From NCBI GenBank assembly GCA_964485325.1, contig CAZAIT010000001.1, positions 1 through 58,663 of the forward strand: a DNA stretch of 58,663 bases, written 5' to 3'. Within the stretch, counting starts at the first letter, position 1; each line of letters begins with the position of its first letter. Under the pieces are notes generated by a model. It saw nothing but the letters and a program-made list of their open reading frames with translations, made no database searches and had not been told where the DNA came from. The position numbers and the translations under genes are program-made. The stretch is from Candidatus Woesearchaeota archaeon. Lineage in GTDB: Archaea; Nanobdellota; Nanobdellia; Pacearchaeales; GW2011-AR1. Positions 1 through 9,491 of this stretch are shown piece by piece.

Positions 1-195
1 GAAGAGAACCCAGACTTTTTGAAGAATGGGGATGTTGCTATTGTAAGAATCAAACCGATCGGAAATTTAGTACTTGAGGCAGTTGGAGATAATCCAAACA
101 TGGCTCGATTTGCTATCCGAGACGCTGGTGTTACAGTTGCTGCAGGTGTTTGCAAGTCTCTTGTTGAAAAGAAGATTGTTGCTAAAAAACTTTAA
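1..195 (+). CDS. tuf: translation elongation factor aEF-1 alpha, C-terminal end (5' truncated by window edge)
   Basis: Frame open from nt 1 to TAA at 193-195. Translates to ...[42 protein letters not shown]..., the domain-3 RFAIRD region of EF-1alpha/EF-Tu. Absent from ORF track because it has no start. Confidence 0.85.
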   Translation, partial: EENPDFLKNGDVAIVRIKPIGNLVLEAVGDNPNMARFAIRDAGVTVAAGVCKSLVEKKIVAKKL

Positions 196-220
196 GGTCT
201 AATTGACCTCTTTTTATTTT
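195..220 (+). terminator. stem-loop plus T-run downstream of aEF-1alpha
   Basis: AGGTC-TAATT-GACCT hairpin (195-209) followed by a T-rich run. A second hairpin GCGGGA-GTAAAA-TCCCGC lies at 237-254. Confidence 0.4.
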
Positions 221-322
221 TTTATAATTAAATCCTGCGGGAGTAAAATCCCGCTGGTAAAACTTTTATTTAGATTGTTTAGTTAGCTATGTGCTTATAA
301 AGTTTTGAAAGAATTTGTTATT

Positions 323-703
323 ATGGGGAGAAAACCTTCTGAGATTATTGATTACCATGAGAGACTTGGTGTTCCTGAAAGTGCAAGCATGTCAGATATT
401 CGAAAAGCATATCTAGAAATGGCATCGAAATATCATCCTGATAAAAATATTGGGAGCGAAGAAGAGAGTGAGTTGGAGTTTGTCGCAATCGGTGAAGCTT
501 ATGGTGTTTTAACAAAAGGAAGAGAAAGGACTATTCATAATGATTCAGTTTGGGAATCTTCTGATGGTCTTGGGAAAGGAGTATCTGTTGGCAATGTGGA
601 GTTCCCTTATCATGAGTATATGTTTAGAAAACTTAGAGAAGAGGGGGTAGCTTTTACCAATAGGGTTTTTTCTGGGAATAGGACCTATCACAATAATTCT
701 TAA
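323..703 (+). CDS. small J-domain (DnaJ-like) protein
   Basis: J-domain signature DYHERLGVPESASMSDIRKAYLEMASKYHPDKN with the HPD tripeptide. ATG at 323 preferred over the ORF-track TTG at 305. Confidence 0.75.
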   Translation: MGRKPSEIIDYHERLGVPESASMSDIRKAYLEMASKYHPDKNIGSEEESELEFVAIGEAYGVLTKGRERTIHNDSVWESSDGLGKGVSVGNVEFPYHEYMFRKLREEGVAFTNRVFSGNRTYHNNS

Positions 704-727
704 AAACTAACTAGGTGCCTTTATTAT

Positions 728-1294
728 ATGGCAATTCAAATTCGAGAGAAAACTATTGAAGAAATTGAGGATAGATTATCTGAAATGAATACTGCTTTGA
801 ATAAGATTATGTATTTAGAATCGGCTTTAGGTATTACGGGTTTTAGTTTTGAAATTAAACGAATTCTTTGGAAAAGGTTGTCTGATTTGTATGAGGAGAG
901 AAAAATGTTTGAAAGGTCGGCTAAAGCTATGTCAAATAAAGCTGGCATGGAGATTAGTTTTAAAGATAAAGTTAATAGTTACATAATTGCAGCGGAGCTA
1001 TATTCGAGAGCAGGAAAAGTTGACGATGCTGATGAGATGTTTATTAGAGCCTTAAGAGATTCTAGTATAGAGCAAAAAATAAGAGTAAAGTTAGCTCGTA
1101 AAAATATTTATTCACTTTCTGCTAAAGAATTGGAGAGCAAGGGGAGAAAAGCATCTGCGGTTAAATTTTATGAGAAGTTAATTAAGATGAATTTAGAAGA
1201 TATTGAAAAGACGGTTATTAAAGAAAGATTAATGACAACGTATAAATCGCTTGGTATGTTTAGAGAGATGAAATTATTAGAAGGAATAAACTGA
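728..1294 (+). CDS. hypothetical helical protein
   Basis: 188-aa ORF, Lys/Glu-rich and helix-like, directly downstream of the J-domain gene. No recognisable motif. Confidence 0.5.
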   Translation: MAIQIREKTIEEIEDRLSEMNTALNKIMYLESALGITGFSFEIKRILWKRLSDLYEERKMFERSAKAMSNKAGMEISFKDKVNSYIIAAELYSRAGKVDDADEMFIRALRDSSIEQKIRVKLARKNIYSLSAKELESKGRKASAVKFYEKLIKMNLEDIEKTVIKERLMTTYKSLGMFREMKLLEGIN

Positions 1295-1845
1295 AATTTT
1301 GCGATAATGTCCCATAAGGTATTTTATATATTCTAAAGACAAAATATTATATGTCTTCTTCTAGGTCTATATCAGAATTGATATCTTCATATTCTGAATT
1401 TAGGTCTGGTTCTGGCATTTTTTTTATTTGGATTCATCTCCATCATCGAACTCTCCTTCGTCGTCAAATTCTTCTTCTTCTAGGGTTGGGTCGTTTTCGA
1501 TGTTGTAAATTCCTCTTTTATTTAATTTAAACTGATAAATTATCTTTATAAATATTTCTGTGATATTTTGATATTTAATGTAATTTTACTAAAGGTAAGT
1601 TTTAAAAAGGAAAAAATGGTTTATTATTTGTTAGAGATTGCTAGAAAATCATTATCACGATTATTACATTCACGGTTACGAAGGAGGAGCCTTTTTGGGT
1701 CCTTAGAAAATATAATAACCTCTTGTAAGACAAGAACGGGAAGATATTAAGAAGCAGATTTCTAATAAATTAAATAAAATGGAGAAAAATATGTTAAAAA
1801 TAACACATAAAATGTTTAACTGTATAGTTTCTGGGATGCCTAAGA

Positions 1846-3027
1846 ATGGCTAAAATTAGTCCTACTTCTATAAAATATTCGATTATAGCTGATTTTGTAG
1901 CTGAAGGCCCATTTCAAAAGCCAGATGTTATTGGTGCTTTATTCGGACAAACAGAAGGTTTGCTTGGTGCCGACATGGAATTAAGAGAACTTCAAAAAGA
2001 AGGTAAGATTGGTCGTATTGAAGTTGAATTAGTTACTGAAGGCGGAAAAACAACTGGAGAGATTACTATCCCATCTGCTTTAGACAAAACAGAGACGACA
2101 ATTATTGCTGCTTCCTTAGAAACAATTGATAAGATTGGTCCTACTGATGCTAAGATTTCTATTAGGGATATTAGCGATGTAAGAGGTTCTAAGCGTGATT
2201 ATATCATGGAGAGAGCAAAGGCTCTTCTATCTGGAATTTCGAATGAAGGAATGGATTCTACCGAGATGGAAACAGAACTTAGAGAATCAACTAGACTTTT
2301 GAAAGTTGTTGAATATGGTCCGGAAGCTTTAGCTGCTGGTCCCAATATTGATAACGAGAAAGAAATTATTGTCTGTGAAGGACGAGCGGATGTTGTAAAT
2401 ATGTTAAAACATGGTATCAATAATGTTATAGGTATGCAAGGAACACGATTTCCTCAAACAATTGCTAAACTTAGCGAAACTAAGGAAATTACTTTGTTCG
2501 TTGATGGCGATCGGGGCGGAAAATTAATTGCACAAAATGTTTACGATAATGCTAAAGTTGTTTACATAGCTACTGCACCTGACGGAAAAGAAGTTGAGGA
2601 ATTAGCTGGTAAGGAATTATTACAAGCACTTCGGAAAAAAGTTCCGGCAAAAGTTTTTTTAGATAAGCATGGTAGTGGATCTAGAGCTTCTTCTGATAGA
2701 TATGAGCATAAGCCAAGGTATGAATCAGAACCTGCTGAAGATATTGTTCGAAGAGAATTGACTGATGAGGACATTTCAAAACTAAGAGAACTTGCTTCTG
2801 AGATTAAAGGTAGAAATGTATTAGCATTGAATGATAATTTAGAAATTATCAAAAATGTTTCTGCTTCAAGATTAAGTTCTGTTGACGCCAAAGATGCTTT
2901 CGTATTAATGGTTTCTATGGCCACTGGGTCTGTGATTCAGGCAGCTGAGAAATTAAAATCTAAAGCAGTCGCAGCAAAAACTTTTGGAAAACATTTAGAT
3001 ACTAACGTTCAACTTGTTTCGTTATAA
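1846..3027 (+). CDS. dnaG: archaeal DnaG primase (Toprim domain protein)
   Basis: Toprim motifs IIVCEGRADVVNMLKHG and TLFVDGDRGGKLI. N-terminal region is typical of archaeal DnaG. Confidence 0.9.
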   Translation: MAKISPTSIKYSIIADFVAEGPFQKPDVIGALFGQTEGLLGADMELRELQKEGKIGRIEVELVTEGGKTTGEITIPSALDKTETTIIAASLETIDKIGPTDAKISIRDISDVRGSKRDYIMERAKALLSGISNEGMDSTEMETELRESTRLLKVVEYGPEALAAGPNIDNEKEIIVCEGRADVVNMLKHGINNVIGMQGTRFPQTIAKLSETKEITLFVDGDRGGKLIAQNVYDNAKVVYIATAPDGKEVEELAGKELLQALRKKVPAKVFLDKHGSGSRASSDRYEHKPRYESEPAEDIVRRELTDEDISKLRELASEIKGRNVLALNDNLEIIKNVSASRLSSVDAKDAFVLMVSMATGSVIQAAEKLKSKAVAAKTFGKHLDTNVQLVSL

Positions 3028-3032
3028 ATTTT

Positions 3033-3060
3033 ATCCCGATTAGGGATTTTTTATTTTTTA
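3033..3060 (+). terminator. stem-loop plus T-run after dnaG
   Basis: ATCCC-GATTA-GGGAT hairpin (3033-3047) followed by TTTTTTATTTTTT. Confidence 0.45.
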
Positions 3061-3102
3061 TTTTGAAGTAACTTTTATATACCTTGATTTGTTTCAAGGT
3101 AT

Positions 3103-3576
3103 ATGAAAGAGGAAGTGGTGAAGAGAAGTTTCAATTGGAAGCGACTTATTATTCTTGTAGTCTTTTTAATTTTAATCTTTGGAATTTGGGTAGTATTTTT
3201 TAGTTATAAGGAATGTACTAATTGGAATTGTTTTAATGAGCGTTTAGAAGGATGTAATAAGGTTAAATTTATTGGAGAAAAAGATATGATATTCGAATAT
3301 ACTGTTCATGGTAGTTCCGGTTCTGATTGTGAAGTAGAAATGGAATTATTACAGGGAGAATTAGATAATCAAGATTCAATAAAGTTAGAAGGACAAAAGA
3401 TGACTTGTATGCTTCCTAAAGGAGTTGTTATGATTCCAGAAAGTGATATAGGAAATTGTCATGGTTCTTTGAAAGAAGGCTTACAAGATTTAATAATCAA
3501 GAAACTATATACCTATTTGGTACAGAATATAGGCAAGATTAATTTAGAAGTTCTTGATGTTCCAATTTTAGATTAA
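3103..3576 (+). CDS. membrane-anchored hypothetical protein with Cys-containing ectodomain
   Basis: N-terminal TM helix LIILVVFLILIFGIWVVFF followed by a soluble domain with several Cys (CTNWNC, EGC, DC, TC, NC). Confidence 0.5.
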   Translation: MKEEVVKRSFNWKRLIILVVFLILIFGIWVVFFSYKECTNWNCFNERLEGCNKVKFIGEKDMIFEYTVHGSSGSDCEVEMELLQGELDNQDSIKLEGQKMTCMLPKGVVMIPESDIGNCHGSLKEGLQDLIIKKLYTYLVQNIGKINLEVLDVPILD

Positions 3577-3620
3577 TATTTATTCCATAAATTTAAATGC
3601 TCTTCTAGTCTTTATTCTAT

Positions 3621-4406
3621 ATGAGTGTTATAAAATTTGGTCCTGCTGGACTTGGACCAGTTGATGAAGCAATTTCTAATTTAGAGAAAATTCATAAGCT
3701 TGGATTAAAGGCTTGTGAAATTAGTTTTACCTATGGTCCATATATTAAGAAAAAAGAAGATGCTTTGAAAATTGGTAAAATTGCTAAAAAGTTAGGAATC
3801 TATTTATCTATTCATGCTTCATATTTTGTTAATTTGAACTCTAAAGAAGAAGAAAAAATTGATAATAGTAAGAAGCGAATTTTGAAATGTTGTGAAGTTG
3901 GACATTTACTTGGAGCTAAGAGAGTTATCTTCCATCCTGGATTTTACTCTGGCATGGAACCTACAGAGGCTTCCATAAAAATAAAGGAGAGTATACTAGA
4001 AATGCAGAAGGTTATTAAGAAAAATAAATGGGATGTTGAATTATGTCCAGAGGTTATGGGTAAGATAAATGTTTTTGGTTCTATTGATGAAATCAGAGAT
4101 TTAGTTGAAGAAACTGGATGTAGTTTTTGTATAGATATAGCTCATATTTTAGCTAGATATAAAGAATATAAATTTAGTGAAATTAAAAAAGCTTTTCCTC
4201 AAAAAAAATGGCATGTTCATTTTTCCGGGATTGAATATGGAGAAAAAGGGGAGAGAAAACATTTAGTGACACCACTTGAAGAGTGGAAGAAGGTGTTTAA
4301 ATTTTTAAAAGAATTGAATAAAGATGTTGTTTTAATTTGTGAAAGTCCCGATAATATAAATGATTCAGTTTCTGGATTAAGAATTTGGCAAGATTACTCA
4401 GATTGA
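3621..4406 (+). CDS. endonuclease IV-like / xylose-isomerase-like TIM-barrel protein
   Basis: Metal-ligand-like pattern of the AP endonuclease 2 family: LSIHASYFVNL, VIFHPG, CPEVMG, CIDIAHILA, HVHFSG, ICESPD. Confidence 0.65.
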   Translation: MSVIKFGPAGLGPVDEAISNLEKIHKLGLKACEISFTYGPYIKKKEDALKIGKIAKKLGIYLSIHASYFVNLNSKEEEKIDNSKKRILKCCEVGHLLGAKRVIFHPGFYSGMEPTEASIKIKESILEMQKVIKKNKWDVELCPEVMGKINVFGSIDEIRDLVEETGCSFCIDIAHILARYKEYKFSEIKKAFPQKKWHVHFSGIEYGEKGERKHLVTPLEEWKKVFKFLKELNKDVVLICESPDNINDSVSGLRIWQDYSD

Positions 4407-4666
4407 TTTTCTTTTTCTTCTTTTTCGTTTTTCTTCCTTTCTTTTTCTTCCCTAATCATTCTCTCCCTAAGTTCAGAAATTCTTTCTAATATTTTTTTTG
4501 CTTTTTCTGGGTCATCTCTTGATATATTTAAGACATATAATATTTTTCTTAATATATCATCATATGATTCTTTTTTGTGTTCTCTAAGTTTTTCAAGACG
4601 CATTTTTGTTTCTTCTAATAGTTTTATCGTCGTTATCTTTCCTATTGGTGTTTTTTTTATTGTCAT
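4394..4666 (-). CDS. small ribbon-helix-helix-like DNA-binding protein with charged C-terminal tail
   Basis: N-terminal TTIKLLEETKMRLEKLREHKKESYDDILRKIL resembles a beta-strand plus two helices (CopG/Arc-like RHH). A perfect palindrome lies 24-51 bp upstream of its start codon. Confidence 0.5.
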   Translation of the reverse strand: MTIKKTPIGKITTIKLLEETKMRLEKLREHKKESYDDILRKILYVLNISRDDPEKAKKILERISELRERMIREEKERKKNEKEEKENQSE

Positions 4667-4689
4667 TTTTTTGTTACTCGTTTTTACGA

Positions 4690-4717
4690 TAAAAAGTATA
4701 CGTGGGTATACTTTTTA
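4690..4717. promoter_or_regulatory. perfect palindrome (12-bp arms, 4-nt spacer) in a divergent promoter region
   Basis: TAAAAAGTATAC-GTGG-GTATACTTTTTA, preceded by TTTTTACGA. A near-identical element is at 37299-37335. Confidence 0.5.
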
Positions 4718-4796
4718 AACTTTTTGTCTCTTTAAAATTACAACAACAATAAGGTTTAAATAGCTTTTTGGGGTTTTACATTTAACTAAATTTAAA

Positions 4797-6002
4797 ATGA
4801 AAAATATGAAAAAAAATATATTTTTGATTCCTTTTATAGCAGTTATAACTTTAATGGTTGTTTGTTTTGCTTCGGCTGAACTTGCTACCCCTACTAGTAT
4901 TGTTACTGAATTTAATGGTATCGAACTAGGCGCTGGCGCTGTTGTTGTAGGTACTGTTGGAGAAGTTGTTCCAATAAAAATTACTTTTGACGCTGATATT
5001 GATTCTAGCGATGTAAGAGTAAGAGTATATATGGAAGGACATAGAAACGATGTTTCTGATTCTACAAGCAGATTTGATATAGAAATTGGTAGAACGTATA
5101 CCAAATTTCTATCTTTAGATATGCCTTCTGATGCTGACGATTTATCTGAAGAATACACTCTTTATGTAGAGATTGTTTCTCAAGATGATCAAAGCGAAGA
5201 ATCTTATACTGTTAGTATTCAAAGAGAATCGTATACTTTCGATGTTTTATCTGTAGACTATTATTCTGAAGTTTCAGCAGGTGACGTTTTCCCTATATCT
5301 GTTGTTGTAAAGAATGTTGGATACAATAGAATGGACGACACTTATGTTGTCGCTTCAATTCCTGCTTTGGGTGTTTCTACTCGAGGTTATGTTGGAGATT
5401 TAGATTCTATTGAGAACTATGCTAATGATAATCACGAAGAAGATTCTATGTATAAGACATTACACTTAAGAGTTCCTGAAGGTTCCGAACCTGGTATCTA
5501 TGAACTAGAAGTTGAAGTCTATAACAATGATGCTGAAAAAGTCGTTACACGATTAATCAGTATTGATGACTCTGATTCTGTTATGATATTAGCTGCGGTT
5601 AAAAACCAAGACTTGAATGCTGGAGAAACAGTTAGTTACGATTTAATTGTTGCTAACTCTGCAGATGATGTTAAAGTTTTTAGCATAGAAGCAATTTCTG
5701 GAGATGTTTTAAGCGTATCGGCTCCCTCACTAATTAGTGTTGGCCCAGGTACTAGCGAAACTGTCTCTGTTACTGTTAAAGCTGATAAAGATGCTACAAT
5801 TGGAACATATACTTTTTCTGTAAATGTTGATGATAAGCAAACTGTTTTCGGCGCTAATGTGGTTGGAACATCTGTTTCAAACTCTGTTGTTGCTTTAACA
5901 GTAGTCCTTGTTATTATCTTTATAGTGCTTTTAGCCGTGTTGGTTGTTCTTCTCACTCGAAAGGAAAAACCACTTGAAGAAGTAGAAACTAGTTATTACT
6001 AA
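4797..6002 (+). CDS. secreted, C-terminally membrane-anchored surface (S-layer-like) protein
   Basis: Signal peptide IFLIPFIAVITLMVVCFASA, acidic beta-rich repeats (CARDB/COG1361-like feel), C-terminal TM VVALTVVLVIIFIVLLAVLVVLL plus a short charged tail. Confidence 0.65.
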   Translation: MKNMKKNIFLIPFIAVITLMVVCFASAELATPTSIVTEFNGIELGAGAVVVGTVGEVVPIKITFDADIDSSDVRVRVYMEGHRNDVSDSTSRFDIEIGRTYTKFLSLDMPSDADDLSEEYTLYVEIVSQDDQSEESYTVSIQRESYTFDVLSVDYYSEVSAGDVFPISVVVKNVGYNRMDDTYVVASIPALGVSTRGYVGDLDSIENYANDNHEEDSMYKTLHLRVPEGSEPGIYELEVEVYNNDAEKVVTRLISIDDSDSVMILAAVKNQDLNAGETVSYDLIVANSADDVKVFSIEAISGDVLSVSAPSLISVGPGTSETVSVTVKADKDATIGTYTFSVNVDDKQTVFGANVVGTSVSNSVVALTVVLVIIFIVLLAVLVVLLTRKEKPLEEVETSYY

Positions 6003-6037
6003 ATTTAGAATTTATTATTTTATTTTATTTTATAATT

Positions 6038-6053
6038 GCCCTCGAAAGAGGGC
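6038..6053 (+). terminator. GC-rich hairpin with GAAA tetraloop after the surface protein gene
   Basis: GCCCTC-GAAA-GAGGGC, 36 nt after the stop codon. Confidence 0.4.
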
Positions 6054-6103
6054 TAATTTATTATTCTCAATAAATTTATAAGTAAATCATTCTTGTTATT
6101 TTT

Positions 6104-6553
6104 ATGAGAGTGAATATTAAGAAGCGTGGACTTTCCCCTGTTGTTGCTACTGTTTTGTTAATATTAATGGTTGTTGTTGTAATATCTATGATATTTGTTT
6201 GGGCTCGTGGATTTTTTGAAGATCAAACTGAAGGTTCTGAAAGACCAGTTGGAGAGTTATGTTCTTCTGTTGATTTTATAGCAAATATAGTTGTTGGTGG
6301 GTTAGAGATTGTAAATAGAGGAAATGTAGATATTGATGGATTCGAAGTAAAAAAATCTTTAAATGGTTTATCTGAAATTGAAAAAATTAATACTGGTGTT
6401 TCTGCTGGAGATAATTTAATAAAAAATACCTTTACTAAAGAAATGGGCAATGGGGATACTCCTGAAAGGATTGAGATGTTTGCTGTTTTAAAAGAATCTT
6501 CTTCAGAAAATACATTTACTTGCTATAATGATCCAGAATTTTTGGTTATCTAA
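6104..6553 (+). CDS. archaeal type IV pilin-like protein (class III signal peptide)
   Basis: N-terminus MRVNIKKRGLSPVVATVLLILMVVVVISMIFVW (KRG/LSP prepilin site plus hydrophobic helix). Paralogue of the ORF at 36265. Confidence 0.75.
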   Translation: MRVNIKKRGLSPVVATVLLILMVVVVISMIFVWARGFFEDQTEGSERPVGELCSSVDFIANIVVGGLEIVNRGNVDIDGFEVKKSLNGLSEIEKINTGVSAGDNLIKNTFTKEMGNGDTPERIEMFAVLKESSSENTFTCYNDPEFLVI

Positions 6554-9414
6554 ACTTTTAGACTTATTATTTTAGAAATATTTTCTTGCATACTTACTCC
6601 ATAGAGGCTTGATGTTTCTGATATTAGTGTATCGTTGTGGGTTATTATAATATATTGTCCGCTTGTCATGTATTTCTTTATTAGAGCTGCTAGAAGTTCT
6701 GAATTGTGTTTATCAAGGGCTGCATCAATTTCATCAAAAACATAGAAGTGATAGGGTCTATATTCTTGTATCGCGAATATTAAAGACAAAGCAACCATAG
6801 TTTTTTCTCCTCCTGAAAGAGATGTAATATCAAAATATTTACCACGAGAAGCTTTGATTAATATGTTTAATCCTCCATCAAGTGGACCTTTTTTATCTTC
6901 TAGTTCTAAAAATATATAACCCTTCTTAGATAGCTGTGAGAAATTTCTCGTGAAATATTCATTAATTGCGTTTAGAGTTGTTGTAAATGCTTTCTTTTTC
7001 TTTTTATCTATCTCTGTAATTATGTTTTGTATTTTGTCTTTTTCTTGTAGAATGATTTCTAATTTACCTTGTATTAATTCTACTTGCTCATTTATTTTAT
7101 CGAATACTTCTAATGCCCTTAAGTTAATATTACCTAGTCTTGATATTCTGAATTGTGATTTTTGAAGTTTTTCCCTTACCTGATCTGCTGGAAGCGATAA
7201 GATATCAACGTTTCCTAATTCTAATAACTCAGATTTTAATGAATCTACTTGTGCATTGAATTGAGCTTTTTGTATTTTATTATTATTAATCTTGTCTTCT
7301 AGATTTTTTGTAGTGTGTTGCATTCCTATTATATCTGTTTCTAAAACTTTTTGTTGATCTTGTAATTCGTTTCTTTGATCAAAGAATCCTTGTGCTTTCT
7401 GATATAGTTTTTGTTCCTCAATTTCTTTTTTCACAGCTTCTTTATCTTTCTCTGTTATAAGTATTTCAATTTTTCTAAGTTCAACTTCAGATTCTTCTAT
7501 ATCTCTTTCTATAGATTTTGATTCAGCTGAAATTCTATTTATTTCTCTCTTTTTGACAGTTATTTCAGTATCTACATCAATATCTGCAAAAGACATTTCC
7601 TGTAAAGATAATTTTGCATCACCATAATTTTCTTCTATATTTTTTAATTTTTCATATTCTGATTTTATCAAATGGAGTTTTTTATTTGTTGAGGCTAATT
7701 CTTCTCGTGTTTCTTCTTGATTTTTTGTTATTTGCTTTATTTGTTCTCGTTTTTCTTCTGAGTTATTTAGTTTTACTTGATTAATATCGAGTTCATTTAA
7801 TTTGGTTCTTAACGCTATTAGACTTTCTTCAAATCTTTTCATACCTTCTTCCATTTTCTTTTGAATAATTTTATTTTTTTCATATTCTGATTTTGAGGAA
7901 TCTATTTTTATATTTGCAGTGGTTGATATTTTGTGTTTATGTTCATCTGTAACATCTTGCTTACATATTGGACAAGATTTTAATTGAACGATTTCTGTTT
8001 TTAATTTTTCTTCTCTTGTTATTTCTGTTTCTAGAATAGCGTTTCTTCTTTCTTTTTCTAACATCTCTTTCTCTAACTTAGATATTTTTTCTACTGTAGA
8101 ATTAATTTCCGATTTTACCTCTGTTTTTAATTTTTCATTTTCTTCTATAGATTTTGTATATTTTATTTCATAAAATAAAGAAGTAATTGATTGTTCTATC
8201 ATTTGTATCTCTTTTGCTGATTCCATTAGAAACTTCTCTTCTATATTTTTTTTATTTTCTATTGTTGATAAATTAGATTTTAAAATATAGAATTTTCTTC
8301 TTTCTTGTTCTAAGATGTCTAATTTTTTTTCTAGAGTTTTTTGTTGTTCCTGTTGTTTTTTTATTTCTGGAGAAGTTGTTTGTATCTCTGATATTTCTGT
8401 ATTAAATTTTTCTAATTTACTTCTAAAATTTATTATTTTTTCTTTCCCTTGAATCATTCTATTATCAAAATTTTCACGCCTTACATCTAGGCCTGCAAGG
8501 TCTGCTTTTAAATCTGAAATTTCTCTATGTAAAACTTCTTGTTCATTGCTAGTTGAAGACTGAATCTGCTTATTTATTATTAAAATTTTATCTTGTAATT
8601 TATCTACATTAAAATTTTTCTCGTAAATTTGCTTTTTGATTTTTTCAATTTCTATATTACATCGTTCTATAGTCTTTTCAATCTCTATAATTTCTTTTTC
8701 TTTGATATTTTTTGTTTTTGAAAGTAATGTTGATTTACATTGCTTTATTGACATTTCTAATTTTTGATATGAGATAGCTTCTTGTCTTTCTTTATCTAAG
8801 TTTTTTAGATAGGATTTTCTTTCTCTTAGAATCGCCGAGACTTCTTTGAATTTCTCTTCGGTTTTCTCGAGTTCTCTTAGTGATTTGTGTTTCCTAGTTT
8901 CATATATTGAAATTCCAGCAACTTCTTCTATTATTTTTCTACGTTCATCTGGTGTAGATTTTACTAAGGATTGAATTTCTCCTTGGAGTACTATATTAAA
9001 TCCATTTGGATCAATTCCTGCTTGTGCCATAAGTTCTAAAACATCTTGTCTGTTTTTTGTTTGTCCATTTATCCTATATATTGATTGTCCAGTTTTTCTA
9101 ACAGTCCTTTTGATTACGACTTCTTTTGTTTCTATCCCAAACGTTTTGTTAGAATTATCAAAAGTTAATTCTACCATTGCCTCCATTGAACCCTTGTAAG
9201 CTTTGTTCCCAGAAAATAATAAGTTTGCTGCTTTTGTTGCTCTGATTGATTTAATTGAAAGTCTACCTAGCACAAAACAGAGAGCGTCGGTGATATTAGA
9301 TTTTCCACTTCCGTTAGGGCCTACTATTACATTCATAGAATTTTCAAATGGGATTTCGGTTCTCCTTGCAAATGATTTAAATCCGTGCATCACGATTTTT
9401 TTTACATAAGTCAT
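6550..9414 (-). CDS. smc: SMC-family ATPase with SMC-type heads and a central CxxC hook instead of a hinge
   Basis: Walker A GPNGSGKSN, NIVLQGEI, signature LSGGEKT, Walker B FYVFDEIDAALD. The middle is continuous coiled coil with CPIC at residues 481-484 of 954 (nt 7963-7974). Confidence 0.85.
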   Translation of the reverse strand: MTYVKKIVMHGFKSFARRTEIPFENSMNVIVGPNGSGKSNITDALCFVLGRLSIKSIRATKAANLLFSGNKAYKGSMEAMVELTFDNSNKTFGIETKEVVIKRTVRKTGQSIYRINGQTKNRQDVLELMAQAGIDPNGFNIVLQGEIQSLVKSTPDERRKIIEEVAGISIYETRKHKSLRELEKTEEKFKEVSAILRERKSYLKNLDKERQEAISYQKLEMSIKQCKSTLLSKTKNIKEKEIIEIEKTIERCNIEIEKIKKQIYEKNFNVDKLQDKILIINKQIQSSTSNEQEVLHREISDLKADLAGLDVRRENFDNRMIQGKEKIINFRSKLEKFNTEISEIQTTSPEIKKQQEQQKTLEKKLDILEQERRKFYILKSNLSTIENKKNIEEKFLMESAKEIQMIEQSITSLFYEIKYTKSIEENEKLKTEVKSEINSTVEKISKLEKEMLEKERRNAILETEITREEKLKTEIVQLKSCPICKQDVTDEHKHKISTTANIKIDSSKSEYEKNKIIQKKMEEGMKRFEESLIALRTKLNELDINQVKLNNSEEKREQIKQITKNQEETREELASTNKKLHLIKSEYEKLKNIEENYGDAKLSLQEMSFADIDVDTEITVKKREINRISAESKSIERDIEESEVELRKIEILITEKDKEAVKKEIEEQKLYQKAQGFFDQRNELQDQQKVLETDIIGMQHTTKNLEDKINNNKIQKAQFNAQVDSLKSELLELGNVDILSLPADQVREKLQKSQFRISRLGNINLRALEVFDKINEQVELIQGKLEIILQEKDKIQNIITEIDKKKKKAFTTTLNAINEYFTRNFSQLSKKGYIFLELEDKKGPLDGGLNILIKASRGKYFDITSLSGGEKTMVALSLIFAIQEYRPYHFYVFDEIDAALDKHNSELLAALIKKYMTSGQYIIITHNDTLISETSSLYGVSMQENISKIISLKV

Positions 9415-9491
9415 GGATGGATTAGGAAAATAGGGTTTTTAAAAATTTATACGAGTAAAAATATTTATAAACATGTTTAATATCTAATTTT

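Noticed and set aside
1350-1560. Minus-strand highly acidic reading frames (…KRGIYNIENDPTLEEEEFDDEGEFDDGDESK* and MPEPDLNSEYEDINSDIDLEEDI*) separated by an A8 run.
   Set aside because: The longer frame has no ATG, GTG or TTG start after the upstream stop, and the second is only 23 codons. This might be a decayed gene but is not supportable as a feature.
1568-1750. 60-aa ORF in the long 1295-1845 intergenic region.
   Set aside because: TTG start, Arg/Leu-rich unstructured translation and no ribosome-binding or promoter context. I found no convincing ncRNA motif here either, so the 550-bp gap remains unexplained.
4715-5956. Minus-strand ORFs 4715-5158 and 5636-5956.
   Set aside because: Antisense shadows of the S-layer-like gene (4797-6002). 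No motifs and no plausible promoter.
6950-9409. Plus-strand ORFs 6950-7165 and 9203-9409, and minus-strand ORF 6223-6450.
   Set aside because: Shadows of the SMC-like gene and of the pilin gene at 6104, respectively.
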